Source: Bacteroidota bacterium
GTDB lineage: Bacteria > Bacteroidota > Bacteroidia > Bacteroidales > JAAAOM01
Direction: 5' to 3'
NCBI GenBank assembly: GCA_009908855.1
Contig: JAAAOM010000011.1
Span: 52,974 to 116,973, forward strand
Length of the DNA stretch: 64,000 nucleotides
In this document: one piece after another, positions 19,765-30,404 of the stretch
How positions within the stretch are numbered: the first letter of the stretch is position 1
Layout: each line of letters begins with the position of its first letter
The notes under the pieces: generated by a model
The model's database searches: none
What the model was told of the DNA's origin: nothing
What the model saw: only the letters and a program-made list of their open reading frames with translations
Translations under genes and position numbers: made by a program

Positions 19765-21282
19765 ATGAAGACATTAAAAAATATGGCAATTAAACCAATT
19801 ATAATGAGCATATTGTTAGGTGCCTGTATGATGAGTGCTGACACTTATGCACAGGATAATAAGATAGACGATCAGGAAATTACCATGGCAATCAATAATG
19901 AATTAATGTTTACAGCTTCTGTTCCTGCGTATATGGTTGATGTTGCTACAAAAAACGGAATTGTTACGCTTACCGGAACAACCAATAATATCCTGGCTAA
20001 AGAAAGAGCTGTTAAAGTGGCTCAAAGTATTAAAGGAGTGAGGGGAGTGGTGAACAATTTAGAAGTTGATCCACCGCTTAGGTCAGATTATGCACTCGAA
20101 AAAGATGTAAATGAAGCATTATTGTACGATCCGGCAACCGATTCTTATGAAATTAACACAAAAGTAAAAAATGGTGTTGTTTCCCTGGATGGTACGGTGC
20201 AAAGCTGGCAGGAAAAAGAACTGGCTGCCCATGTGGTTAAAAGTGTAAAAGGGGTGAAGCAACTGGAAAATAACATTATTGTTAACTATACCTCCAACCG
20301 GAAAGATTATGAAATACAAAAAGAAATAGAACAGGCGCTTCAAAATGATGTGCGTGTAGATGACGCCCTGATAGAAGTAGAAGTAAATGACGGCCATGTG
20401 AATTTGGAAGGGGCCGTTGGTAGCGCCTCTGAAAGAGAACAAGCCATGGCAGATTCATGGGTTGCAGGTGTAAAGCATGTTGCTGCCGATAATCTGGATG
20501 TATCGGATTGGGCACGTGATGAAGACATGAGAAATGATAAATATGTTTATAAGCCCGATGATCAAATTAAGGAAGCTGTTAAAGATGCGCTATACTATGA
20601 TCCACGTGTATATTCTTTCAATCCGACAGTTAAAGTAACTGATGGCGTGGTAACGTTAAGTGGTGTGGTAGACAATGTAAAAGCGAAAAATGCGGCTGAG
20701 CAGGATGCCAAAAATGTGGTTGGTGTTTGGTCGGTTAAAAACTATATCAAAGTTCGGCCAACGCATATCCCCGAGGATGCGGAATTAACCGGTGATATTA
20801 AAAGTGCATTGATGCGCGATCCGTTCGTTGAAAACTATCAGGTGGATGTTTCGGTTGATAACGGAGTCGTTTATCTGACAGGAAAAGTAAATACCGATTA
20901 TGAAAAAGAACAGGCTGAAAATATTGTGTCACGGATAAACGGTGTGATAGCAATTGAAAACAACCTGCAGCTCGAAAAAGAAAATAAATTTGCATACGAC
21001 GACTATTTAGGTTGGGATAGCCATACGCCACCGGTTCATTTTCAGGTTGATGATACATATCAATCAGATTGGGAGATTAAAAATAATATAAACGATCAAT
21101 TGTACTGGTCGCCCTATGTAAACGAAGAAGAGGTGGAGATTACCGTAGATAACGGTGTAGCTGTATTAGAAGGTGATGTGGATACCCGACGTGAAAAACT
21201 ATATGCTGAAGTGAATGCCTATGAGGGTGGTGCCGATGAAGTGAAAAATAAACTGAATGTAGAATACAGTCCGAATGACTAA
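19765..21282 (+). CDS. Multi-BON-domain periplasmic protein (OsmY-like)
   Basis: Start at ATG 19765 gives a signal peptide (MKTLKNMAIKPIIMSILLGACMMSADTYAQ). Repeated BON pattern (V.V.NG.V.L.G.V....E...A...V..V.GV..V.N.L). Confidence 0.85.
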   Translation: MKTLKNMAIKPIIMSILLGACMMSADTYAQDNKIDDQEITMAINNELMFTASVPAYMVDVATKNGIVTLTGTTNNILAKERAVKVAQSIKGVRGVVNNLEVDPPLRSDYALEKDVNEALLYDPATDSYEINTKVKNGVVSLDGTVQSWQEKELAAHVVKSVKGVKQLENNIIVNYTSNRKDYEIQKEIEQALQNDVRVDDALIEVEVNDGHVNLEGAVGSASEREQAMADSWVAGVKHVAADNLDVSDWARDEDMRNDKYVYKPDDQIKEAVKDALYYDPRVYSFNPTVKVTDGVVTLSGVVDNVKAKNAAEQDAKNVVGVWSVKNYIKVRPTHIPEDAELTGDIKSALMRDPFVENYQVDVSVDNGVVYLTGKVNTDYEKEQAENIVSRINGVIAIENNLQLEKENKFAYDDYLGWDSHTPPVHFQVDDTYQSDWEIKNNINDQLYWSPYVNEEEVEITVDNGVAVLEGDVDTRREKLYAEVNAYEGGADEVKNKLNVEYSPND

Positions 21283-21316
21283 GTGATCATTCGGTATATA
21301 CCTTTTCATATAAATT

Positions 21317-21356
21317 ACCGACCGTTTTGGCAGACATAGCGGTCGGTGGTTTTTTT
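21317..21356 (+). terminator. Rho-independent terminator after the BON gene
   Basis: ACCGACCG (21317-21324) pairs with CGGTCGGT (21340-21347), followed by GGTTTTTTT. Confidence 0.6.
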
Positions 21357-21448
21357 GAACTTACCGGTATTTAAAGGTCATTCACTTATTTTTCCTTTTA
21401 TAAATCGACATGGAAAAGTATTTTCGTAGGGTAATTAAGACTTTCGAT

Positions 21449-22165
21449 ATGAAAAAAAATATTTTTATTACAGGAACAAGTTCAGGCATTGGCTATGGTT
21501 TGGCGAAGTTTTATCTTGAAGGCAACCACCAGGTATTTGGTATGAGCCGACGAACCGGCGATGCGCTTAATACATACGGTAACTATTCCCATTTGGTTCA
21601 GGATTTATCGGAACTGGAAGGAATGAATGCACCGGTTAAAAAATTTCTCGCGGATACGGACAAATTGGATATGGTGATATTAAATGCCGGTATTTTGCCT
21701 CAAATACGGGATATGAAGGATACTCCGTTAGATGAAATAAAAAAAGTAATGGATATTAATGTATGGGCCAATAAAATATTACTGGATCAATTATTTGAGA
21801 ATACCGGTATCATTAAGCAGGTAGTAGCCATTTCCTCGGGTGCTGCTGTAAGCGGCTCCAGAGGGTGGAACGCCTATTCATTGTCGAAGGCCACATTAAA
21901 CATGCTTATTAATCTGTATGCTAAGGAATACACAAACACTCATTTTATTGCACTGGCGCCTGGTATTATTGATACGGCCATGCAGGATTTTATTTCGTCG
22001 TTACCCGACGATGAAAGATTTCCGGTGGTATCATCGCTAAAAAATGCCAAAGGTACTGAAATGATGCCCGATGCTGAGACCATTGCCCCCAAGCTGGACA
22101 GGGCTTTTCAGAAGGCCATTAAATTTTCAAGCGGCGAATTTATAGATATACGAAACATATTATAA
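21449..22165 (+). CDS. SDR family NAD(P)-dependent oxidoreductase
   Basis: Start at MKKNIFITGTSSGIGYG (TGxxxGxG). NAG motif (ILNAGI) and catalytic YSLSK (YxxxK). Confidence 0.85.
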   Translation: MKKNIFITGTSSGIGYGLAKFYLEGNHQVFGMSRRTGDALNTYGNYSHLVQDLSELEGMNAPVKKFLADTDKLDMVILNAGILPQIRDMKDTPLDEIKKVMDINVWANKILLDQLFENTGIIKQVVAISSGAAVSGSRGWNAYSLSKATLNMLINLYAKEYTNTHFIALAPGIIDTAMQDFISSLPDDERFPVVSSLKNAKGTEMMPDAETIAPKLDRAFQKAIKFSSGEFIDIRNIL

Positions 22166-22438
22166 ATGAATACACGGAATTGCGCATAATGCAATATAAG
22201 TAATGCTGGTAAATGCCTCTAAAGTTTCACGATCTGATCGTTGAAGCAATTTAATTATCAGTTTTAAGTATATCTTGCTGACCAACGTTTAATTTGAATA
22301 TCAGCATTTGGATAAATGTAAAAACACCCTGGCAAAGCATACCTTTTCCTTTTGCAGGCGGCCTTTCTAATTCCAGGCAGAGCATCTCAGGCTTTTGGCA
22401 CAACCACCCAATAAGTCGGGTTTAAAGGTTTTTCCCGT

Positions 22439-24430
22439 TTAAGTATTTAAGCTTTTACCCAATATTTCGGTTACATCATCCTCTAAAAGCACTTCATTTT
22501 CAAGCAGGCGATTGGCCATTTGATCCAGTTTATCTTTGTGCTTTTCAAGCATTTCACGTGTTTCATTATAACAATCGTTAATGATACCCTGGGCTTCGGC
22601 ATCAATTACCTGCTCGGTTTTTTCAGATCGCTTATCTACCATTAACTGATTGCCCAGCATTTCATTTTGGTTTTGCTTTTTAAATGATACGTTGGGCAGT
22701 TTTTTGCTCATGCCATATAATGTAACCATGTTGTAAGCCATCTGGGTCACCTTTTCCAGGTCGTTTGCCGCCCCGGTTGATATATCCCCGAAAATAAGAT
22801 CCTCAGCTGCTCGTCCGCCTAGCAATCCTTTGATCTTGCCCCGGATTTCTTTTTCAGACATTAAAAACCGGTCTTCCAGGGGTGTTTGCATGGTAAAACC
22901 TAAAGCGGCAACCCCCCTGGGCACGATGGATACTTTTTGTACCGGGTCAGCGCCCGGGGTATAATGCCCCACAATGGCATGGCCTGATTCGTGGTAGGCC
23001 ACAATTTTTCGTTCTTTTTCGTTGATCAGGCGGTTTTTCTTTTCCAAGCCGGCAACAATGCGCTCAATAGCTTCCTGTAAATCGGACAATTCAACTTCGT
23101 TTTTGTCCTTTCGTGAAGCCCATAAGGCGGCTTCGTTACAGATATTGGCCAGGTCGGCGCCCGAGAAACCGGCTGTATTGGCAGCTATTTTATGCAGGTC
23201 TTCTTCATTGGCCAGCTTGATATCTTTGGTATGTAGCTTAAGGATATCGTAGCGGCCTTTTTTATCCGGGCGGTCAACCATTACCTGTCGGTCAAAACGG
23301 CCGGGCCGCAGCAGTGCTTTATCCAATACTTCCGGCCTGTTGGTGGATGCCATAACAATGATGGTATCGTTGGCGGTAAAACCATCCATTTCAGATAGCA
23401 GTTGATTTAATGTATTTTCACGTTCATCATTGGCGCCCATTTGTACATTTTGTCCGCGACTTTTACCTATGGCATCCAACTCATCGATAAAAATGATACA
23501 AGGTTGTTTGCTTTTGGCCTGCTTAAAGAGATCGCGCACGCGTGATGCACCTACACCGACAAACATCTCAATAAATTCAGAGCCGGTAAGGCTAAAAAAG
23601 GGCACATCGGCTTCACCGGCTACAGCCCTGGCCAGCAATGTTTTTCCTGTACCCGGAGGGCCAATCAGTACGACTCCTTTTGGTAATTTGCCGCCCAGTC
23701 GGGTAAATTTTTCAGGTGTACGCAGAAATTCAATCATTTCCTTCAATTCTTCTTTGGCTTCATCTACCCCGGCAACGTCTTTAAAGGTAACATCGTTTTC
23801 CTTGCTTTTAACATGCATTTGGGCTTTGCTTTTTCCAATATTAAAGGGGTTTTGCATACCTCCGGCTCCCCCGCCCATTGTTTTACTCATGCGACGAATA
23901 ATGAAAGCCCATATCAGAATGAAAAACAAAATAGGAATGATCCATCCCAGTGCTTCACGCCAAAAGGTGTTTTCCACACGGCCTTCATAGTTAACATTGT
24001 ATCTTTCAAGCTGATGGATTAAGCTGTCATCCTGCACACGAACGGTTACAAAATCATAACCTTCACCACCGGAGGCCTTTTGACGTATGCTTTCAATTTT
24101 AGGCATTGTGTCGGGTTGCGGCATACCACGGGTATCAAATCGTTGATATCGTCCCATGATTTCATTTTTTCCGATACTCACTTTTTCGATGGCACCAGAT
24201 TTCAGCGTGTCTTTAAAAGTCTTATAACTTATTTCATTGGTTTGCTTAGGATAAAAAAACCATTGTATAACTATGAAAACACCTATGAATGCAAGATAAT
24301 GCCAGATTTTTATCCGTGGCCCCCTGCCTGGTTCCTGGTTTAAATAATCATTACCAGTGTTTTGTTGGTCTTGCTGTTGCTTGTTGTTCTGTTGATCTTG
24401 TTGCTTTTGTTGCTTTTGTTGCTTTGCCAT
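22439..24430 (-). CDS. ftsH: ATP-dependent zinc metalloprotease FtsH
   Basis: 663 aa. Walker A GPPGTGKT, Walker B IIFIDELD, an SRH region and the HESGHA zinc motif. Unusual Q/K-rich N-terminal tail. Confidence 0.95.
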   Translation of the reverse strand: MAKQQKQQKQQDQQNNKQQQDQQNTGNDYLNQEPGRGPRIKIWHYLAFIGVFIVIQWFFYPKQTNEISYKTFKDTLKSGAIEKVSIGKNEIMGRYQRFDTRGMPQPDTMPKIESIRQKASGGEGYDFVTVRVQDDSLIHQLERYNVNYEGRVENTFWREALGWIIPILFFILIWAFIIRRMSKTMGGGAGGMQNPFNIGKSKAQMHVKSKENDVTFKDVAGVDEAKEELKEMIEFLRTPEKFTRLGGKLPKGVVLIGPPGTGKTLLARAVAGEADVPFFSLTGSEFIEMFVGVGASRVRDLFKQAKSKQPCIIFIDELDAIGKSRGQNVQMGANDERENTLNQLLSEMDGFTANDTIIVMASTNRPEVLDKALLRPGRFDRQVMVDRPDKKGRYDILKLHTKDIKLANEEDLHKIAANTAGFSGADLANICNEAALWASRKDKNEVELSDLQEAIERIVAGLEKKNRLINEKERKIVAYHESGHAIVGHYTPGADPVQKVSIVPRGVAALGFTMQTPLEDRFLMSEKEIRGKIKGLLGGRAAEDLIFGDISTGAANDLEKVTQMAYNMVTLYGMSKKLPNVSFKKQNQNEMLGNQLMVDKRSEKTEQVIDAEAQGIINDCYNETREMLEKHKDKLDQMANRLLENEVLLEDDVTEILGKSLNT

Positions 24431-24435
24431 GCTAA

Positions 24436-25785
24436 TTATTTTTCCAGATATTCTTCGGCTAACTCCTTGGTTAACGGGTCGTTTTGTTTTACATAAGGCC
24501 TTACGATAAGCCTGATACCCCTGTCGTAACTAAAATAGTTCCATACCCAGTTTGTAAACACCACCAGTTTATTTCTGAAACCAATCAGGTACATTAAATG
24601 CACAAACAGCCATATCACCCAACCAACGAATCCGGCGATAAAAATGTTCCCCGGTAAATCGCCAATTGCTTTGTTTCGACCTACCGTAGCAAGAGCTCCC
24701 TTGTTAACATAACGGAATGGTTTCAAGTTTTTATTACTGATTGCATTCACAATATTTCGGGCGGCATGCCTTCCCTGTTGGATGGCAACCGGTGCCAACA
24801 TGGGATATCCCTCCGGTAAATCTTTAGTGCGGATCATTGCCACATCTCCCAGGGCAAATATATTATTGAAATATTCATTATCCGATTTAAACACCTGATT
24901 ATATTCGTTGGTAACGATTCTTCCTTTGTAGATGCTTTCTACCGGCAGTCCTTCCAACGGATTGCCCTTCACACCTGCTGCCCATATAACTGTTTGCGCC
25001 TGCAGGGTATGGCCATCTTTAAAGGTTACATAATTACCATCGTAATTGTTTATTAACTGTCCCAGTCGAATATCAACACCCATTTTGCTCAGGTATTTGT
25101 GGGTTATTTTACCTGCTTTTGCCGACATTTGCGGTAAAAGAGAATTCATGCCTTCAACCAGGATAATACGCATTTGTGCCAGATCAAGTGTTGGATAATC
25201 TTTAGGTAGAACATGTCGTTTTAATTCGGCCAATGCACCGGCCAGCTCAACGCCTGTAGGGCCTCCACCAACCACTATAAAGGTTAGCAATTGTTTTACT
25301 TCATCGGGGTTCGATTTAAGCGTGGCCTGTTCGAGTTGCTGAAACAAATAACTGCGCAAATCAAGCGCATGCGGCAGTTGTTTCATGGGCATGGCATTTT
25401 TCATAATTTCTTCATTGCCAAAGTAATTCATCCGCGCACCTGTGGCAATGGCCAGGAAATCGAATTCTATATCACCCACTAAAGTATGAAGTTTGTTATT
25501 TTTAGTGTCAACCCCGAGTACTTTAATCATCCTGAAATGAAAATCAGGTATGGATTCGATTATTTTACGCAGGGGGCCGGCTACCGAATCGGGTTCTAAC
25601 CCTGCTGTTGATACCTGGTATAATAAAGGTTGGAAAGTGTGGTAGTTGTATCGGTCAAACAACACAACCTGCACATTCTTGCCTTTTAACTTTCTAACCA
25701 GGTTCACACCGGCAAATCCGCCACCAACTATAATTACCCGGGGTTTTTCAGTTTCTGGTATATTAATGTTAAATTCGTTTTTCAT
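24436..25785 (-). CDS. ndh: Type II NADH:quinone oxidoreductase (NDH-2)
   Basis: GGGFAG and GGGPTGVE dinucleotide-binding motifs. C-terminal hydrophobic anchor. Confidence 0.85.
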   Translation of the reverse strand: MKNEFNINIPETEKPRVIIVGGGFAGVNLVRKLKGKNVQVVLFDRYNYHTFQPLLYQVSTAGLEPDSVAGPLRKIIESIPDFHFRMIKVLGVDTKNNKLHTLVGDIEFDFLAIATGARMNYFGNEEIMKNAMPMKQLPHALDLRSYLFQQLEQATLKSNPDEVKQLLTFIVVGGGPTGVELAGALAELKRHVLPKDYPTLDLAQMRIILVEGMNSLLPQMSAKAGKITHKYLSKMGVDIRLGQLINNYDGNYVTFKDGHTLQAQTVIWAAGVKGNPLEGLPVESIYKGRIVTNEYNQVFKSDNEYFNNIFALGDVAMIRTKDLPEGYPMLAPVAIQQGRHAARNIVNAISNKNLKPFRYVNKGALATVGRNKAIGDLPGNIFIAGFVGWVIWLFVHLMYLIGFRNKLVVFTNWVWNYFSYDRGIRLIVRPYVKQNDPLTKELAEEYLEK

Positions 25786-25808
25786 TCAGTTTGCTTCAAT
25801 ACTATACA

Positions 25809-26756
25809 TTAATAGTTCTCTTTCTTACTCAAATCAGCCGTTGTTACTTCATCACAAGGCACCTCATAATCGTAATAGCCTTCCACTTCCTTATAAAATA
25901 ACAGCGGACCAAAAGCACCATGTCCCTGGTGTTTTTCATAATAGCGTGCTGATTTCAATGTGCATTTGTCTTCAGCTGTCCAATAATAGGCCACCGTAGC
26001 TATGAGGTTCCGGTGTGTTATATTACCATTATCATCGGTAAAATAGGTCCAGTCACCTTCCATATCGGTAATTACTGCATCAATAGGAAACGCTCCTGTA
26101 TACAACTCTGAACTAGCATCAACAATCCTGTCCTCGATTTGTTGACTTTCAATGGTTGATGGGGGTAGATCCGAAGTTTTTCGGTCTTCATAAGCCATTA
26201 ATTCATTTTTATCTAATTTGAATTTGAATGTACCCGATGCTACTACCGGAAGCTCTTTTTGGGCTATATCGGGATAAATGGGCACAAACTCTAGTTTGAT
26301 GGTATGCATGCCTTCTTCATATTGCTTTAGTAATTCCATCCATTGCATTATGAGCGGAAAATGTTGTTGCGTAACATCTTCCTTTTCTGAAGCCAGTGCA
26401 TGTCGAACAACGGTTTTGGAATCAAAGTCGTTTTTGGGCATTTCTACCAGGAACTGGCCGTCAAGTTTACCGTCAACATATACTCTCAGGCCATAATTAT
26501 AGGTGTAAGTGGCATCGCTGAAATCGTAAGCATAATTATGCTTGTTATAAATATCCTCTAATGTACCGGGTAATGTTGTTTGCATGTAAAGTTCATCGCC
26601 CACTTCAAATGTTTTTTGGGTATTTTTCGAAAATTCCCCGAAAGAATCTGAAAATGTAATCTTGCCTCCGTTGGCATAAGTCATTGCCGAAGTGACCATT
26701 ATAACCACTAGTGTAATGATTTTTAGTAATCCTGAATTATTTTTCTTTGTTTTCAT
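25809..26756 (-). CDS. Hypothetical secreted protein
   Basis: 315-aa ORF with an N-terminal signal peptide (LLKIITLVVIMVTSAMTYA). No family recognised. Confidence 0.6.
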   Translation of the reverse strand: MKTKKNNSGLLKIITLVVIMVTSAMTYANGGKITFSDSFGEFSKNTQKTFEVGDELYMQTTLPGTLEDIYNKHNYAYDFSDATYTYNYGLRVYVDGKLDGQFLVEMPKNDFDSKTVVRHALASEKEDVTQQHFPLIMQWMELLKQYEEGMHTIKLEFVPIYPDIAQKELPVVASGTFKFKLDKNELMAYEDRKTSDLPPSTIESQQIEDRIVDASSELYTGAFPIDAVITDMEGDWTYFTDDNGNITHRNLIATVAYYWTAEDKCTLKSARYYEKHQGHGAFGPLLFYKEVEGYYDYEVPCDEVTTADLSKKENY

Positions 26757-27143
26757 AACTTCAATTTTAAAAATTCTACAATAGAATGAAAAACATCATG
26801 CCAACATCCTGAAATCCGGGTTTTAATTTTATTAAAATCATACCTGCATCGGCAGTTATCCGTTAAACCAGGGTGGTTATTAAAAAGGGTAATAAATTTG
26901 GATATGTATTGTAGAAAATACTCTACATCCTGTGGTAAAACTATAAGAGCTGATATATACTTTTCTATCTGTAACCGGGTAATACTTTAAACAGATTGGC
27001 TACAAATCTGCCGGTTGTGCCGATTGGGAGTAATTGTTAAATTCTTTTAAACTGCTGAATATGTATGACTTGTTTTTCTGCTGGCAGGATTTTGGTAAAT
27101 GAGACAACGAAATCTTACTATGTTGAATCAAACAAAAAGAATT

Positions 27144-27731
27144 ATGAAAATCATGAAAACTACACTAATTGTTTTAACCTTGTTTATAGTGCAAACCGGA
27201 TTTAGTCAGTCAACCACCTGGAAATTTGACAAAAACCACTCAAAAATTGAGTTCAGCGCCGTACACATGGGTATTTCAGAAGTAACCGGACAATTTAAAT
27301 CTTTTGAGGGAACGATAAAAGCTGACAAAGCTGATTTTACGGACGCTGAAGTTAACATTGCCATTGATGCCTCCAGCATTGATACCGACAATGAAAAACG
27401 AGACGGACATTTAAAAGGAGAGGACTTTTTACATGTCGGGGAATACCCCGAGATAAAATTTGATGGTAAATCCCTTAAAAAAGTCAAAGGAGACAACTAT
27501 AAGCTAACCGGCGATCTTACCATTCGCGATGTGACCAAAACAAAAACCTTTGATGTAATTTACCGGGGAACCGTGGAAGCTATGGGCAACACCATTGCCG
27601 GGTTTAAAGTCACAGGCACTATTGATCGTTTTGAATTCAATGTAGATTGGAATCAAAAATTTGCCAAAGGACTGATTGTGGGTGAAGAAATAGGAATTAC
27701 CTGTAATATCGAACTTATTAAGGAAAAATAG
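27144..27731 (+). CDS. YceI family periplasmic protein
   Basis: Start at MKIMKTTLIVL gives a signal peptide. WKFDKNHSKIEFSAVHMGISEVTGQF and D.R.GHLK..DFL are typical YceI segments. Confidence 0.85.
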   Translation: MKIMKTTLIVLTLFIVQTGFSQSTTWKFDKNHSKIEFSAVHMGISEVTGQFKSFEGTIKADKADFTDAEVNIAIDASSIDTDNEKRDGHLKGEDFLHVGEYPEIKFDGKSLKKVKGDNYKLTGDLTIRDVTKTKTFDVIYRGTVEAMGNTIAGFKVTGTIDRFEFNVDWNQKFAKGLIVGEEIGITCNIELIKEK

Positions 27732-27892
27732 TTGTAGAATAATTACACTATTTGCTTAATTAAGGGATTATTAGTTTGCTCGATTATTAATTAAAACATT
27801 GGCAATCTGATATTTAAAAAATCATTGTAAGGACTGTATTTAGAAGTGGCACGATATTATTATAAATGCAGTAATTATTATAATAACTAAAA

Positions 27893-28360
27893 ATGAAAAT
27901 TTTAATTATGAAAACACCACGTAAATTAATTTTTAAAACAATGATGACAGCAACATCTTTCATTATGCTTGTTGCCTGCGGACAATCAGGAAATAATCAG
28001 GATACATCGGATGGAATATCGGATGTTAAGGAAGAAGTAAAAGAAGTAGGTGATGCCATTGAGCATTCAGCAAAAACCGGATCAGAAAATTTAAAAGATA
28101 AAGCTCATTCTGTTTTCGATGAATTTGAAGACAAAGCGGATAAGCTGGAGTATAAAATCGAAGAATCGGGTGAAAAGCTTGATACGGAAGTTTCTCAACA
28201 GCTGGAAAGTCTTAAAGACCAAAAACGTGAATTAGAACAGCGTTTGGAAAGCATGAGTGAACAAACAGGCGAAAATATTAAGGATAAAAAAAGTGAACTT
28301 GAAAAAGACATTAAAAATTTCGGCCAGGCGGTTGAAAACTTTTTCAAAGACAACTCTTAA
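27893..28360 (+). CDS. Hydrophilic coiled-coil lipoprotein (hypothetical)
   Basis: Lipobox LVAC, then a highly charged E/K/D-rich helical sequence. Confidence 0.6.
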   Translation: MKILIMKTPRKLIFKTMMTATSFIMLVACGQSGNNQDTSDGISDVKEEVKEVGDAIEHSAKTGSENLKDKAHSVFDEFEDKADKLEYKIEESGEKLDTEVSQQLESLKDQKRELEQRLESMSEQTGENIKDKKSELEKDIKNFGQAVENFFKDNS

Positions 28361-28381
28361 TTAAACATTTCGCTTCGACAT

Positions 28382-28436
28382 ATCCCGGAAGGTTTATCAT
28401 AAAATATTACATGTTAAACCTGCCGGGATTTTTTTC
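28382..28436 (+). terminator. Rho-independent terminator
   Basis: ATCCCGGAAGGTTTA (28382-28396) pairs with TAAACCTGCCGGGAT (28415-28429) with 1 mismatch, followed by a T-run. Confidence 0.65.
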
Positions 28437-28487
28437 TTATTCTGTTGATGCTTATATACTGCTTATTCTTGTTAGAAGATTCAATAC

Positions 28488-29504
28488 ATGACCACTTTTA
28501 ATCGTATACCAAAGGAAACAAATCAGAACGGAGCAAAAAGAAAAATCGGCTTTGAACTTGAGTTTGCCAATCTCAATATTGATCATGCAACAGCCCTGAT
28601 TATGCAATTATATGGTGGTGAGAAAGAGGTTTTTAACCGGTATTTTTCAAAAGTAATAAATACGGAATTGGGGGATTTTTCAGTTAAATTAGATGCCAAC
28701 ATATTATATGAGAAAAAGTATGGCAAGGCCATTTCGCTGCTAAACGAAATAAGTCAAAATCACCTACCCGATAAACAATGGGAAAAAGGCATTGAAGAGT
28801 TGTTGGAGAAAATATTCAGTTCTGTTGTGCCGTATGAAATTGTTGCACCACCGGTTACTTTTGATCAACTGGACCGTCTTGAAGAACTGAGAAAATCGCT
28901 TTATGAAAAGGAAGCCAAAGGTACTGAACAATCAACATTTTATGCTTTTGCAACCCATATAAATACGGAAGTCCCCGAATTAAACATAGAAACAATTTTT
29001 ATCTATCTGAAGGCATTCCTGCTGTTGTATCCATATTTACTGGAAAAACACAAAACCAATATAGCACGGAAATTAACACCTTTCATAAATCCTTTTCCTA
29101 AAAAATATGTCCGGCAAATATTAAAAAGTGATCACCCCCCGTCAGTCATTGAATTTATTGATAATTACCACCATTACAATCCTACCCGAAACCGACCGTT
29201 GGATTTATATCCTGTACTGGCCGTTATGGACGGTGAGAGAATACATTCATTCAGGCACATTGGCAACGTTAAAAAAAGGCCTACATTTCATTACCGATTA
29301 CCCAACAGCAGTATACATCTTTCAAACTGGTCATTGGCACGTGAATGGAACAGTTGGTGCCTGGTTGAAATCCTGGCTCAGGAACCGGATATAAGGCATG
29401 AAATGACACACCGATATTTAACGATCATGCGCAAAAATTGGTATAATCCTGAACATAAATGGAAGGAGGAATCAGAAAAATGGATCCGGGAAAAACTATT
29501 ATAA
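28488..29504 (+). CDS. Putative amidoligase (Amidoligase_2-like, glutamine-synthetase-fold family)
   Basis: 338 aa. N-terminal KIGFELEF strand and an overall resemblance to the Pfam putative amidoligase family, recalled from memory. Characteristic partner gene immediately downstream. Confidence 0.55.
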   Translation: MTTFNRIPKETNQNGAKRKIGFELEFANLNIDHATALIMQLYGGEKEVFNRYFSKVINTELGDFSVKLDANILYEKKYGKAISLLNEISQNHLPDKQWEKGIEELLEKIFSSVVPYEIVAPPVTFDQLDRLEELRKSLYEKEAKGTEQSTFYAFATHINTEVPELNIETIFIYLKAFLLLYPYLLEKHKTNIARKLTPFINPFPKKYVRQILKSDHPPSVIEFIDNYHHYNPTRNRPLDLYPVLAVMDGERIHSFRHIGNVKKRPTFHYRLPNSSIHLSNWSLAREWNSWCLVEILAQEPDIRHEMTHRYLTIMRKNWYNPEHKWKEESEKWIREKLL

Positions 29505-30298
29505 AAACACCACGCATTGGAATTACCGGGCCCGATACCGGTGGAGGGGCTGCATGGTTGTTTACATCCTTATCTGTTCGATTGGCCGGTGGCAAGCCAA
29601 TTCGCATAAGACCCATGAGGCCTTCACGCGGGAATAATATTCACGGACTCATTCTTGGCGGTGGCGCTGATATTGACCCCAGGGCATACACAGAGGATCA
29701 TTTTATTACCGAATACCTGAATCAGACGCTTCGCGATACCCGTAAATCATTTTTTTACAGGATATATTATTTTATAAGATGGTTTTATTATCCGGTTGTA
29801 TTTTTACTTCGTAAATTGCTCAGTAGAAAGTCGGGTAAAGGTGATAAAGCACGAGACGAACTTGAATTTCAGTTGCTTAAAAAGGCAGTGGAGAACAAGT
29901 TACCCATAATGGGGATATGCCGTGGTGCTCAGCTTATTAATGTGTTTTTTGAGGGTACGCTTTTTCAGAATATCAATCAGTTTTATTTTGAGGAGCCGAA
30001 TAAACACAGCATTTTTCCGGTAAAAACCATTTATATAAAGCCCGATAGCAAACTGCATAAACTACTGGGAGAAAAAGAATTAAAGGTTAACGCCCTGCAC
30101 AACCAGGCAGTGAAGGAAAAGGGCAAACAACTTGATATTGTGGCCTATGAACCGAATTCGGTTGTGCAGGGTATCGAAGCCATCAAAGATCAACTAATTT
30201 TTGGTGTACAATGGCATCCTGAATATTTGTTATTACACAAAAATCAACGAAATTTATTTAAAGCTGTTGTACAATATGCCAAAGCGGATAAAAAATAA
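29480..30298 (+). CDS. Gamma-glutamyl hydrolase-like class I glutamine amidotransferase / peptidase C26 family protein
   Basis: GICRGAQLINV nucleophile elbow and GVQWHPE His/Glu. The start (29459 or 29480) overlaps the amidoligase 3' end by 25-46 nt. Confidence 0.8.
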   Translation: MDPGKTIIKTPRIGITGPDTGGGAAWLFTSLSVRLAGGKPIRIRPMRPSRGNNIHGLILGGGADIDPRAYTEDHFITEYLNQTLRDTRKSFFYRIYYFIRWFYYPVVFLLRKLLSRKSGKGDKARDELEFQLLKKAVENKLPIMGICRGAQLINVFFEGTLFQNINQFYFEEPNKHSIFPVKTIYIKPDSKLHKLLGEKELKVNALHNQAVKEKGKQLDIVAYEPNSVVQGIEAIKDQLIFGVQWHPEYLLLHKNQRNLFKAVVQYAKADKK

Positions 30299-30404
30299 AA
30301 TAAATATGAAACAAGCATGATAAAAATAATTATTAACTCATACGACAATGATTATTTTTCATCATGCGGTTCCATCTGACAATTGAAAAATAAATTATAA
30401 ACAG

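Noticed and set aside
23430-23990. 186-aa ORF antisense to ftsH. Similar shadow ORFs: 17024-17593, 30914-31396, 39908-40339, 8771-9172, 14391-14747, 36338-36649
   Set aside because: Each lies entirely inside a strongly supported gene on the opposite strand. Their sequences are low-complexity or Ser/Pro/Arg-rich, typical of antisense frames.
26775-26917. 10-bp inverted repeat TTCTACAATA / TATTGTAGAA about 125 nt apart, upstream of yceI
   Set aside because: It is short and AT-rich, and nothing supports it being more than chance.
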